A stretch of DNA of 64,000 nucleotides from a virus. Positions 19,639 to 29,029 of this stretch are shown here, in pieces (the stretch's first letter is position 1; the number at the start of each line of letters is the position of its first letter). The notes below the pieces were generated by a model. The model did no database searches, was not told the DNA's origin, and was given only the letters and a program-made list of their open reading frames with translations. Location: the IMG/VR virus record IMGVR_UViG_3300021364_001752, positions 1 to 64,000 of that record; one strand, written 5' to 3'. The position numbers and the translations under genes are program-made.

Positions 19639-21117
19639 ATGGCAATAACGAAAAGAGCAGACAAAGGTGCTGCATTATCATATGAAGAAATGGATGCAAA
19701 CTTTGACGCAGTTGCTCCTCGTGACAGCGCAACCGGTGCAATAGAAATACCTACAGGCACCACTGGAGAACAGCCTGCTTCTCCTGTAGTTGGACAACTT
19801 AGATTTAACACACAATTAAATTTGTTTGAAGGTTACTTTGATACATTAGGATGGAGTGCCTTAGCAGCTTCTGGTGTATCAGGCGAAGTAAACCAAAATG
19901 CTTGGGCTGAAATAGCAGTGGCAGGACAAACAAACGTTGCCGCAGATCAAAAGTCAGATGTGTTAACATTTGTTGCCGGCACTGATATTAGTATTACTAC
20001 CAACGCTACAGCTGATAGCATAACAATCAACAGCACATATACACCACCGAGTAACGTGAGCGCATTTACAAACGATTCGGGTTACTTGACTAGCGAAACT
20101 ACAACCACGCTTACCGCAGACAGTGTCAACACAAAACTTGTCTTTACAGACGAAACTGGCACAGCAAACGATATCGATCTCAGTTGGACCATTGATGACA
20201 CAAATCTAGCACGTATCACCAGCGGCACTGTAGATGGTGCAACAGGCATTGCAACATTCACAAGAGATGATGCTACAACTTTTACAACAGACTTTAGTGC
20301 TTTATTTGATGATACAAACCTTACAAGAATAACCAGTGGTAGTTTTAACAGCGGCACTGGTGACCTTACACTCACTCGCAGTGATGCAACTACAGCGGCG
20401 ACTATAAGTCTAGACGGAAGATACCTTACCAGTTACACAGTTACAGAATCAGATGTGACACAGCACCAAGCAGCATTAAGTATAACACAAAGTCAGATAA
20501 GTGATTTAGCACATTATTCTAATAGCGATGTTGATTCACATTTAAATACAGGAACTGCATTAGGAAGTCAAATTTTAAGTTGGACTGGCACTGATTATGA
20601 CTGGGTAGCACAGCCTAGTGGCGGACTTGCAAATGTTGTTGAAGACACAACTCCACAACTTGGCGGCAACTTGGATGTTAATAGCAACTCTATTACAGGC
20701 ACCACAGTGAATATTACAACTACAACAAATGGTGATGTTGTGATTCAGCCTTCTGGAACAGGTGGAATATCTTTACGCAAAAGCTACGATGAACACTTTG
20801 TATCACTTGGAACCTTGTTTGGCACAGAACAAATTGATGTAGGAACAGCAAGTCATTTTTATGGCTCAATACAAAGCAACGTTACATTTCAGTTTATAGG
20901 GGAGACTGCTACAACTAACCAAGTAGATAGTTTTACTTTGTATCTTTATAGAGCAACCAGTTTTAGTATTACACTAACATGGCCTGCTGAAGTTCAATGG
21001 AGTAACGGAACAGCACCGGCTCTACCTGGTGTAGGCGAAATGGATATCTATGTATTTACTACTATCAATAACGGAACATCGTGGTTTGGCTTCCAAGCCG
21101 GAGATGCTATGGCATGA
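19639..21117 (+). CDS. Tail fibre protein
   Basis: IPTGTTGEQP..GQLRFNTQLNLFEGY, DDTNLxRITSG repeats, DTTPQLGGNLD, C-terminal WP..W..GTAP module. Confidence 0.8.
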   Translation: MAITKRADKGAALSYEEMDANFDAVAPRDSATGAIEIPTGTTGEQPASPVVGQLRFNTQLNLFEGYFDTLGWSALAASGVSGEVNQNAWAEIAVAGQTNVAADQKSDVLTFVAGTDISITTNATADSITINSTYTPPSNVSAFTNDSGYLTSETTTTLTADSVNTKLVFTDETGTANDIDLSWTIDDTNLARITSGTVDGATGIATFTRDDATTFTTDFSALFDDTNLTRITSGSFNSGTGDLTLTRSDATTAATISLDGRYLTSYTVTESDVTQHQAALSITQSQISDLAHYSNSDVDSHLNTGTALGSQILSWTGTDYDWVAQPSGGLANVVEDTTPQLGGNLDVNSNSITGTTVNITTTTNGDVVIQPSGTGGISLRKSYDEHFVSLGTLFGTEQIDVGTASHFYGSIQSNVTFQFIGETATTNQVDSFTLYLYRATSFSITLTWPAEVQWSNGTAPALPGVGEMDIYVFTTINNGTSWFGFQAGDAMA

Positions 21118-23000
21118 TACATAAAATGCTTATGGCTGCTGCCGGTGCAGGCGGCGCCCCTGACACTTCATATCATATAACCAATATAGCATACAGTGGG
21201 ACAGATACACCTAACGTTCAAACGATAGAAGCTCAGCGTGATACAAGGAAAGGAGGAAGTAAAATATTATACAATTTTGACTTCTTCAATAATGGGCAAG
21301 GTATAATCACATCCAGTGGTGCTAATAGTGATTTTTGTGCATACACAGTTGAGTTTGGCGGAGGCGCATATACAAAAGGCACAGAATTATTTGATTCTTC
21401 CACAAGTGTAAGCATGCCAACAAATGACAGATGTGATTTTTTAACTTTTATTGACAGCACAAATTTAGTTGGCGCATATGGTAATACATTAAAAAAATTC
21501 ACATGTTCAACACCCTGGGACATAAGCACTTTAAGCAATAACACCTACTTTACCAGTTCTTTTGCCAGTCCTCCGTTTTCGGGTCTTATAAAATATTTTA
21601 AGTTTAACTCTACTGGAACTGAAATAATAATAGTTACCCCAGGTCAGTCTCCTAATGGCTTGTTTAAATTTACTTTGTCAACGCCATATGATATAGCAAC
21701 TATATCGTCCAGTCCGACACAGTCCGATGCTACTCATCCTAGAGGCGTTGTTCATATAAACGATGCAGGCACAGTCATAACATACCAAAACGGTGGTGTG
21801 GATTGGAACTACAGGCAACAAACAATGAGCACACCATTTGACCTATCTACACTGAGCACAGAAACTGTTTACACATTTAACTTTTCGGACGGCTACGGAA
21901 CTCAATATAATGAAGGATTAGGTTTTGCCGAAGCACATGGATCTTTTGCAGCAGGAGAAGTATTCTTTTTTAACAAGGGTCCAAACGTTATCGGTAGAGG
22001 TGTTTGCTCTACAGCATACGACCTAAGCACTATCACATGGGATACAGATATTCCTAGCGGATCAAAAGCTACAACAATATTCCAAGCAAGCGGAAATGCA
22101 GATATAGCTTCTACCAACAGAATGTGGTATTTAGAAAATTATCCTGATAATTTTAATCGTAATGGCCAATTTTATGTAGGATTTGATAGGTATCCAGGGC
22201 AAGGCGATAAATGGGTTTGGCAACTTAGTTTTCCATATACAATAGAAAATTTAAGTGTTTATGGGGACGGAAGTGCAATAAATCTTACCAATACCTCAAA
22301 ACAAAGAAGGACATTCTGTAGAACTAGAACCAACTATTATGCATTTATCAGCACTGAGTATGTTAATAATGCTTATGCATTTTATCTTGACTATGTGCCT
22401 CAAGTTTTCGGCGGCGGTATAGATTCTACCAATGCAGTCGACTATGGGTCCGAGATTACAGTAGATATTACTAGTTGGATATCAGATGGTGGGTTAAATT
22501 TGAACACAATTTATCCAAAAAGAATACAAATGAGACAAGAGCATGAGTATACCAGCGGTTTGAACGAATATCGTTGTTGGGTATTGTTAGCAACACAATC
22601 AACCAGTGCGACACCACAGGTAGATATAATTAGACAAATGACAGCAACAACTAGCCCTCAGAGTGATCCTACAGTATGGTCTCTTGACACAGGAGCCAAT
22701 GCAACATGGCAAATACCAAGAGGAGGAACTTATGAACCTGCTACAGATGAACTCATATCTGATTTCCAAGTTAGTCATGATGGAAGATATATTTTAATTT
22801 GCACTTGGCGAGGTAAACTTTACCTTTTTGAAAATGACGATCCTTGGAACTTGAGTGGTAATATCACAGCAATTCAGGAAGCTACTATACCATTAGAGGG
22901 AAATAAAAGACCAGAACAAATACATTTTAACAGCGACGGAACCAAACTTTTTGTGCATGATACGAGTGCAATTATATATGAATACGATATTGGCACTTAA
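21114..23000 (+). CDS. Beta-propeller tail-fibre-associated/receptor-binding protein
   Basis: Repeated STP(W/Y/F)DxST blades; start re-called at MIHKML (ATGA coupling). Confidence 0.65.
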   Translation: MIHKMLMAAAGAGGAPDTSYHITNIAYSGTDTPNVQTIEAQRDTRKGGSKILYNFDFFNNGQGIITSSGANSDFCAYTVEFGGGAYTKGTELFDSSTSVSMPTNDRCDFLTFIDSTNLVGAYGNTLKKFTCSTPWDISTLSNNTYFTSSFASPPFSGLIKYFKFNSTGTEIIIVTPGQSPNGLFKFTLSTPYDIATISSSPTQSDATHPRGVVHINDAGTVITYQNGGVDWNYRQQTMSTPFDLSTLSTETVYTFNFSDGYGTQYNEGLGFAEAHGSFAAGEVFFFNKGPNVIGRGVCSTAYDLSTITWDTDIPSGSKATTIFQASGNADIASTNRMWYLENYPDNFNRNGQFYVGFDRYPGQGDKWVWQLSFPYTIENLSVYGDGSAINLTNTSKQRRTFCRTRTNYYAFISTEYVNNAYAFYLDYVPQVFGGGIDSTNAVDYGSEITVDITSWISDGGLNLNTIYPKRIQMRQEHEYTSGLNEYRCWVLLATQSTSATPQVDIIRQMTATTSPQSDPTVWSLDTGANATWQIPRGGTYEPATDELISDFQVSHDGRYILICTWRGKLYLFENDDPWNLSGNITAIQEATIPLEGNKRPEQIHFNSDGTKLFVHDTSAIIYEYDIGT

Positions 23001-23003
23001 TGG

Positions 23004-23032
23004 TTGACAGAGGTTGTAGGTAAAGTTATTAT
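23004..23032 (+). promoter_or_regulatory. sigma70-type promoter
   Basis: TTGACA-17-TATTAT. Confidence 0.7.
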
Positions 23033-23069
23033 TAATCATAGGCGATGTTGCCTATTGAACGGAGATCTT

Positions 23070-23588
23070 ATGTTTAAAATTATCGCGGGTGTCGCAGTAG
23101 CAGGCGCCCTCACTGGTTGTGCTATTGGTGCAGAACCACAGGCGTTTGGTGTTGTCCGCAGCATTGAACCACATTACGAAACAGTTAGTTTCTTTCCTCC
23201 TGATGCAAACTGCACAGTGTATCCTCATTACCAGCAAGAACTTAGCCCTAGTGGTGCTCTAGTTGGTGCTGCTGCCGGATACGTTCTATCTGGTGGATTG
23301 TTGGTTCCGACTCTTGCAGTCGGCGGCGCAGGTGCAGTAGCATTTGGTAATGTTGAAAACTACTCAAATGTTGTATGCGAAAATGATTATTTGCCACCTG
23401 TAGAGCAAGAGGTAATTTCACACTTCAATGTCACTTACGAATACAAGGGTTATGAAGGCCGTGGCACTACCCAAACACAATACCAGGTTGGAGATAGTAT
23501 TCCGCTATCCCATACACAAACTTATGCTCGTGAACTTACAGAATTTTTCACTGATGCACCTTATATCAATCCTGTATTAGAAAAGTAG
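23070..23588 (+). CDS. Glycine-zipper (YcfJ-like) lipoprotein
   Basis: LTGC lipobox, GALVGAAAG zipper, NVTYEYKG..YQVGD. Confidence 0.6.
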   Translation: MFKIIAGVAVAGALTGCAIGAEPQAFGVVRSIEPHYETVSFFPPDANCTVYPHYQQELSPSGALVGAAAGYVLSGGLLVPTLAVGGAGAVAFGNVENYSNVVCENDYLPPVEQEVISHFNVTYEYKGYEGRGTTQTQYQVGDSIPLSHTQTYARELTEFFTDAPYINPVLEK

Positions 23589-23646
23589 GTTGACAAATAC
23601 TTGCAAATCTACTAAAATATGATATAGGCAAAACAGAAAGGCAAAC

Positions 23647-24246
23647 ATGAACAAGATTATACTTACAGACTGTGACGGAGTGCTACTTAATTGGGAGTAT
23701 GCTTTTTGTGTATGGATGGAACAACATGGCCATGCACAGATAGAAAATGGCAACGAAGAATATAACATCGCAAAACGATTTAATATTACTGAAGATGCAG
23801 GCAAAAAACTGGTAAAACAGTTTAATGAAAGTGCTGCAATGGGCTTTCTACCTGCACTGCGTGATGCACGTTATTATGTAAAACGGCTACACGAAGAACA
23901 TGGATACGAGTTTCATTGTATTACTAGCATGAGCTTGGATCCTAATGCTAAAAAACTACGTCAAATGAATCTTGATAAGATGTTTGGTCCAACAGCATTT
24001 CCGGTTTTGCACTGTTTAGATACTGGTGCAGATAAAGATGAATTCTTAGATGAACACTATAGCGATAGTGGTCTATATTGGATTGAAGACAAAATGTCTA
24101 ATGCTATTGCTGGACTTAACGTAGGATTGAATCCTATATTGATTGAGCATGGTTGGAACATGAACGATAGCGTTCCAGTAGGTATGCGTAAATGTGTCAA
24201 CTGGAAAGAAGTATATGAGCTTATCGTAAATGACAGAGTTACATGA
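23647..24246 (+). CDS. HAD-superfamily 5'-nucleotidase-like phosphatase
   Basis: LTDCDGVL motif I, ITS, K, WIEDK motif IV; promoter TTGACA 23590. Confidence 0.8.
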   Translation: MNKIILTDCDGVLLNWEYAFCVWMEQHGHAQIENGNEEYNIAKRFNITEDAGKKLVKQFNESAAMGFLPALRDARYYVKRLHEEHGYEFHCITSMSLDPNAKKLRQMNLDKMFGPTAFPVLHCLDTGADKDEFLDEHYSDSGLYWIEDKMSNAIAGLNVGLNPILIEHGWNMNDSVPVGMRKCVNWKEVYELIVNDRVT

Positions 24247-24409
24247 ACAATTAAAACTGGCTTTCGCAGTTTACGTTAGAGAAAGCGAAAAATTTGAAAA
24301 TGAAGGTGTCAAGGTGAGTGCAGTAAGAGCTCGCCAGGCACTTTCTGATATCAACAAATTGATTGCTGCTCGTAGAAAAGAAATTCAAACATTAAAAGAT
24401 AATACATGA
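24230..24409 (+). CDS. Histone H1-like Hc1-type small DNA-binding protein (not in ORF track)
   Basis: 59 aa MTELHEQLKLAFAVYVRESEKFENEGVKVSAVRARQALSDINKLIAARRKEIQTLKDNT; resembles the G-K-A--RARKA Hc1 motif. Confidence 0.6.
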   Translation: MTELHEQLKLAFAVYVRESEKFENEGVKVSAVRARQALSDINKLIAARRKEIQTLKDNT

Positions 24410-24720
24410 TTAGTAATTACTTGGATAACATAGCACATCGTGTGCAACGATTAAATGATGCAAAAGAAACCACAGTCAAGTATCTGATTAAAGAAGAAGT
24501 AAAAGACAAAGACAAAATTGAAAATTGTGTGGTGATGAGTCAAATTTGGGCTGCGCATCAATTGGGTGAGCGCATGACAATGACAGACTTGAATATTGCT
24601 TTAGGTGGTCATGAAGATGTGATTGACCATCGAGAGCTATCACTTGATCCCGAATATGAAGATTATACCCTAATCGAAATGCTAGACGAGCTTTTACACA
24701 ATGATGACAATAAGAATTAA
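24406..24720 (+). CDS. Hypothetical protein
   Basis: ATGA-coupled ORF. Confidence 0.6.
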   Translation: MISNYLDNIAHRVQRLNDAKETTVKYLIKEEVKDKDKIENCVVMSQIWAAHQLGERMTMTDLNIALGGHEDVIDHRELSLDPEYEDYTLIEMLDELLHNDDNKN

Positions 24721-24946
24721 TAAATCAGAATTAAAAGTTTGCGAGAGCACTGCTAAAGTAGCAGTTTTAAATGCTACAGAAACTGATGTTAATGATATAG
24801 CAGAGTTGATCACCAGCAGGAACTATACTTGTGCTGTGATATATACCAAAGATCAAACAGCAGCACAAAAGTTATTTGAACAGGTAGGTGGCGAAACTAC
24901 AAATTCTTACGACCGTCTGTATGCTTATGTAAGCAGTTTCACTTGA
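24701..24946 (+). CDS. Hypothetical protein
   Basis: Overlapping ORF. Confidence 0.5.
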   Translation: MMTIRINKSELKVCESTAKVAVLNATETDVNDIAELITSRNYTCAVIYTKDQTAAQKLFEQVGGETTNSYDRLYAYVSSFT

Positions 24947-24983
24947 TGTTAGCGCCAGCATTTTTAAAAAATGTAAATACAGT

Positions 24984-25205
24984 ATGTTGAGAAACGACCT
25001 TAAAGAATACTACAAAGTTTTCTACATGGTGAAAGGTCACCTCGACGCATCACCTCAGACAGTTATAGATAGTTACAACGGATACTTTCGTCGACTATGG
25101 ATCGATGGAAGTAACGGCGCTCCTCTGTATGACTATGAAGAACAGTTCGAACAAGCATGGGAAGACATACAAAATGGTTTCAAAGAAAATACAAGAACTC
25201 AGTAA
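24984..25205 (+). CDS. Hypothetical protein (probably leaderless)
   Basis: GTAAATA-4nt-ATG. Confidence 0.6.
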   Translation: MLRNDLKEYYKVFYMVKGHLDASPQTVIDSYNGYFRRLWIDGSNGAPLYDYEEQFEQAWEDIQNGFKENTRTQ

Positions 25206-25392
25206 CGACGACTTGTCGTATTTAGAAAAACTATTAGGCGAGCAATTTGCCAAAGAACTTGAAAGAGACAAAACCTGGGTCCAAAAAAATAACTATCATC
25301 GCCCAGGTGAAAAGAAAAGCAGAATACTTCGCCTTATGAATGCCATCCGTGCTCAACAAGATATCAAAAAACGCACAGCAGAAAAGTGGTAA
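25174..25392 (+). CDS. Hypothetical protein
   Basis: Start re-called at MVSKKIQ. Confidence 0.55.
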   Translation: MVSKKIQELSNDDLSYLEKLLGEQFAKELERDKTWVQKNNYHRPGEKKSRILRLMNAIRAQQDIKKRTAEKW

Positions 25393-25418
25393 TGCATATC
25401 TGATATGCACCAAAAAGG

Positions 25419-25449
25419 TTGACCTCATTTACATAACATGTTATAAATA
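25419..25449 (+). promoter_or_regulatory. Overlapping sigma70-type and T4-late-type promoter of tmRNA
   Basis: TTGACC-17-TATAAA and TATAAATA 25442-25449. Confidence 0.7.
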
Positions 25450-25454
25450 GCTTT

Positions 25455-25838
25455 GTTAGCGTTGAAGCAACGTGGACACATACTGGACCCGGGTGCGATT
25501 CCCGGCAGCTCCACCATAAGGACACTATAATGGCATTGATTTGGACAGGAATACAATACACAAGTTTAGCCGCACTACTGGGAATGTGTGTGACGAAATG
25601 GGTTATTGATTTCCGTGCTTGGAGAGCAGGCAGACAAAAGCCAAAATGCTGCGGATAGTGTTTTTATGATGGGGCTGATCAGGATCGACAGGTGTGAAAG
25701 TGAAGTGGAGTTAACCGGATGACTGCGTAATAAGTCAATCAAACTAGATGCAAACGATAATTTTGCACCATCTGAGTTCGCTCTAGCAGCGTAACCACAG
25801 GGGGTATGGGCTCCACCTAGCAACAGAACGGGCCTCCA
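25455..25838 (+). ncRNA. ssrA: Circularly permuted two-piece tmRNA (alphaproteobacterial type); outer ends approximate
   Basis: Acceptor piece with T-arm CCGGG-TGCGATT-CCCGG and CAGCTCCACCA (ends 25516) precedes the coding piece starting GGGGCTGA at 25671 (G3:U70 Ala pair); tag GCA AAC GAT..GCA GCG TAA 25750-25794 = ANDNFAPSEFALAA. Confidence 0.93.
25530..25658 (+). CDS. 42-aa single-TM peptide encoded inside the tmRNA intervening segment
   Basis: TAAGGA SD 7 nt before ATG; MALIWTGIQYTSLAALLGMCVTKWVIDFRAWRAGRQKPKCCG. Confidence 0.55.
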   Translation: MALIWTGIQYTSLAALLGMCVTKWVIDFRAWRAGRQKPKCCG

Positions 25839-25880
25839 AGATGAAACATAGGTTATAGCACATCTGAAAGGAAACCCAAA

Positions 25881-27008
25881 ATGTTTAAAACAATCGCCGC
25901 ATCGATGATGCGGTTTTCAGCGTTAGCAGCGTTGGCATTGACTATTCTCACTCCATCACAAGCAGCAGCAGAAACCAAAGTAGGTTTTGTTTACGTAGGT
26001 CCAGTTGGCGACCTTGGTTGGACATACCGCCATGACATTGGACGTCAAGCTGTAGAACAAGCATACGGTGATGAAGTTTCTACTACCTACCTAGAAAACG
26101 TGCCAGAAGGTCCTGAAGCAGTTGAAGCAATTACTCAACTTGCAGAAGCTGGACACGATATTATCTTTACGACCTCTTTTGGATTCATGGATGCAACCAA
26201 CGAAGTTGCTTCTAGATATCCAGACATTGCATTTGAACATGCAACTGGTTATATTCGCGAAACTGAAAACATGGCTACCTTTGGAGCACGTTTTTATGAA
26301 GGGCGTGTTGTAGAAGGCATGCTTGCAGCGGAAATGACCAAAACCAACAAGATTGGTTACATCGCATCATTCCCTATTCCAGAAGTGGTGCGCGGTATCA
26401 ACGCATTTATGTTGGAAGCACAAAAGCACAATCCAGATGTTGAAGTTGACATTGTTTGGGTTTACACCTGGTTCAACCCAGCAGTTGAAGCATCAGCAGC
26501 ACAGGCATTGATTGATGAAGGTGCTGATATCATTGTGCAGCATACAGACTCGCCAGCGCCATTAAGTATTGCAGAAAAAGCTGGTGTATACGGATTCGGA
26601 CAAGCGTCAAACATGAGCCGCTTTGGTCCTAGTGCGCATCTTGTGAGTATTGTAGATGATTGGGATAGTTACTATGTTGACCGTGTAGGTGAAGTTATCA
26701 ACGGCACCTGGGAAGGCGGAGACACCTGGTGGGGTCTTACCAAAGACGGTCAAGGTGGCGAAAAGGGTATGGTAGCCCTTGAGAGCTACAATGTCGAAGT
26801 GCTTGGACAGGATCTAGTCGATCGTGCCATTGCACTTGAAGAGTCACTTGCTAATGGTGAGCGTCACGCATTTCCATGTGAAGGATTGTTTATGCAAGAC
26901 GGTTCGGTTCCAGAGGACTGTGCAAATGGCGAAGAGCATCTTACAGATGGAACTTTGCTTGGTATGAATTGGTATGTAAAAGGAATTGACGCATCCCTTC
27001 CAAACTAA
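25881..27008 (+). CDS. BMP-family ABC transporter substrate-binding protein (purine/nucleoside-binding type)
   Basis: Signal peptide; VGFVYVGPVGDLGWTYRH, TTSFGF, FEHATG, FPIPEVVRGINAF, QHTDS. Confidence 0.92.
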   Translation: MFKTIAASMMRFSALAALALTILTPSQAAAETKVGFVYVGPVGDLGWTYRHDIGRQAVEQAYGDEVSTTYLENVPEGPEAVEAITQLAEAGHDIIFTTSFGFMDATNEVASRYPDIAFEHATGYIRETENMATFGARFYEGRVVEGMLAAEMTKTNKIGYIASFPIPEVVRGINAFMLEAQKHNPDVEVDIVWVYTWFNPAVEASAAQALIDEGADIIVQHTDSPAPLSIAEKAGVYGFGQASNMSRFGPSAHLVSIVDDWDSYYVDRVGEVINGTWEGGDTWWGLTKDGQGGEKGMVALESYNVEVLGQDLVDRAIALEESLANGERHAFPCEGLFMQDGSVPEDCANGEEHLTDGTLLGMNWYVKGIDASLPN

Positions 27009-27190
27009 CCAATTTATATGTTGTCATCCATTATGATGATAGAGACTGGTGGGCACCGCCTAAAACGGTGTCTGCTAGACTGCCCTACGAAAATGCAATG
27101 GATGAGCTCGCTAGGTTAAATGCAATGGCTGGTCCACCGGACAAATATCAAGTTATGATGATTGAATGCCATCGGCCTGGTAAGAAATAA

Positions 27191-27220
27191 AAAAGGGGGA
27201 GTGTAAAAACTCCCCTTTAG
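27191..27220. terminator. Bidirectional intrinsic terminator
   Basis: AAAAGGGGGAGT-GTAAAA-ACTCCCCTTT between convergent genes. Confidence 0.8.
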
Positions 27221-27233
27221 TTTTGCGCTTTTT

Positions 27234-28241
27234 TTAAAAAGTTTTACCTATTTTTTCTTCGTCGTGGTCAGCGCCGAAAAACTCTTTGTAGGTATCAGGA
27301 TTTATAATGACCTTAAGTTTATCTTCAAGGTTTAATGATTTATACCATTCTTTGAAATTGTTGCCAAATGTGTCTACGTCATCACCAATTTCAACAGTTG
27401 CATTTACCCAGCCAGTGTTTCTTTTCCTGTCCGGATCTACGTAATATTTTACTTCAGGCCAACGGCTTGCCATATCGTCAAGAAAGTCTTTTTTGTTGAT
27501 AAGTGCATAAAGTTTTTTTAGCTTTTCAACATCATCGTTTTGATGGAACGCTATAAGTATACCCTGTAACACTATATCATCTTGTGGATTTTTAATGTAT
27601 TTAGAAAGTTTTTCTACTCTGTAGTGTGCCAATCTACGTAGTTCAATAGCTGATTCAATAGATAACTTGCTACGTAGAGCAAAGGTGGTTGCTACAGCGT
27701 CAAGTTTATCTTGATCGTCCATTTGCGCTAAAGTCATATCCCAATCTCTGTTGGCTCGAACTTCCTTATACATCGGAATATTGTAAGCATCGTATCGTTG
27801 ACTGCCTTGCGATCTTCGGCGTGGAGGAGTTGTAGTAGATCTGCCTTGATCAAAACCTGATGCATCTCTATCGCCTCTAGCTCTACGTCTTCCTTTACCA
27901 GGATTCATCCATTGATAATGTTGACCAGCAATTGCAACCATACCAGTGACTAGATTGCCTAATTTATCTAATAGTTGCTTAGTTTTAGATGAAGGACCAG
28001 CTGCCCGTCTTGAACCTCTAGGCGAATCAAATTCATCTCCATATGCTCTTGGTGGTGCATCAAATTCGTCGCCGTAGTTTGCACCTGGTGGTGCATCAAA
28101 TTCATCTCCATATGTTGCACCTGGACCTGCTGAAAATTCATCACCGTATGTAGCAGGTGTTCTTGCTGACATCATACGGTCAAATGCATCTCTCGAGGAT
28201 GGCATGCGTGGATCTTCACTAAGGATATCAATAATTTTCAT
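27234..28241 (-). CDS. Putative internal virion protein with YGDEF repeats
   Basis: Start re-called at MKIIDILSE (GGAG SD, GTAAATA promoter just upstream). Confidence 0.65.
   Translation of the reverse strand: MKIIDILSEDPRMPSSRDAFDRMMSARTPATYGDEFSAGPGATYGDEFDAPPGANYGDEFDAPPRAYGDEFDSPRGSRRAAGPSSKTKQLLDKLGNLVTGMVAIAGQHYQWMNPGKGRRRARGDRDASGFDQGRSTTTPPRRRSQGSQRYDAYNIPMYKEVRANRDWDMTLAQMDDQDKLDAVATTFALRSKLSIESAIELRRLAHYRVEKLSKYIKNPQDDIVLQGILIAFHQNDDVEKLKKLYALINKKDFLDDMASRWPEVKYYVDPDRKRNTGWVNATVEIGDDVDTFGNNFKEWYKSLNLEDKLKVIINPDTYKEFFGADHDEEKIGKTF
28021..28160 (-). repeat. Four approximately 36-bp tandem coding repeats
   Basis: ATYGDEFSAGPG/ATYGDEFDAPPG/ANYGDEFDAPPR/AYGDEFDSPRG. Confidence 0.85.
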
Positions 28242-28448
28242 TGTGTTCTCCGTGTTACAGTATTTACCTTGCCTATCAAAACCATGCATGCCTTTAAATG
28301 GGTAATATTTGCAAGAAAACCTATTGCTCCAAGCGAAGGTATATAAACGCATTGTTTACCATGCCTGCTACACTTTAGCGCAGTTCTACAACTTGACATT
28401 GTAAAATTTGTATGCTATATATTAATACTTAGACACACGGAGATTAAT

Positions 28449-28652
28449 ATGAGTGATACTGTAAGAGCAGCAGCACAAAAGCAAGCCGAAGAAGCAATGG
28501 ATGGATTTATCCTATGGAGCAAACGAGTCACACTGTGGAGCGCATTCTTTTTATGTGTTGTTGTATTTGCTTGTAACTCAGGCGTAGACGGCAGTGGCAG
28601 TGGTTATAACGGAGAACAATATTCTCCTAGCAACTTGAATGTTAAAAAATGA
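28449..28652 (+). CDS. Single-TM protein resembling aa3-type cytochrome c oxidase subunit IV
   Basis: E-A-M-DGFI-W-S-RV followed by a TM ending in N, as in Rhodobacter/Paracoccus subunit IV; promoter TTGACA 28393. Confidence 0.4.
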   Translation: MSDTVRAAAQKQAEEAMDGFILWSKRVTLWSAFFLCVVVFACNSGVDGSGSGYNGEQYSPSNLNVKK

Positions 28653-28885
28653 AGTGGTTAATCGTATTTGCAATGTTGGAAGCAGATCCATTTGCAATAA
28701 AAAGTTTACAATTTGACACACAAAACGAATGCAAAGCATATATCAATGATCCTGCTAACAGCAGCAGACTTGCAATAGAAGTGATTGATGTGGCAGGATT
28801 TAACGATACAATATTAAATGTGGCTTGTATGCCCGCAAACAAAATTACGAGGGAGATGTTGAATGAAACCGAACAAGAAGTTTGA
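28649..28885 (+). CDS. Small exported hypothetical protein
   Basis: MKWLIVF, F-T-ECK..C pattern. Confidence 0.55.
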   Translation: MKWLIVFAMLEADPFAIKSLQFDTQNECKAYINDPANSSRLAIEVIDVAGFNDTILNVACMPANKITREMLNETEQEV

Positions 28886-29027
28886 GTTATCAGTAAAAGA
28901 TTTAGAACTTATCGAGAATGCACTGCACAGACTAGAACCAACTCGAGAAGTTCAGGAACTTTTAGGACGACTACACAATCAAAAGAATTGGTATCGTCCA
29001 AAAGACGCAATCTATGTAGGAGGATAA
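28863..29027 (+). CDS. Small protein of a type recalled from Rhodobacteraceae (not in ORF track)
   Basis: 54 aa MKPNKKFELSVKDLELIENAL..LLGRLHNQKNWYRPKDAIYVGG. Confidence 0.6.
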   Translation: MKPNKKFELSVKDLELIENALHRLEPTREVQELLGRLHNQKNWYRPKDAIYVGG

Positions 29028-29029
29028 AG

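Noticed and set aside
23004-23069. Track starts at TTG for ORFs 23004, 53168 and 54892
   Set aside because: The TTG lies within the promoter (-35 box or spacer); the real starts are downstream ATGs (23070, 53201, 54955)
25486-25516. tRNA 3' half or attP-like tRNA fragment
   Set aside because: It pairs with GGGGCTG at 25671 and belongs to the permuted tmRNA; no anticodon arm. No standalone tRNA gene was seen in the window.
25364-25823. Minus-strand ORFs 25364-25561 and 25575-25823
   Set aside because: Antisense shadows of the tmRNA gene with no SD or promoter
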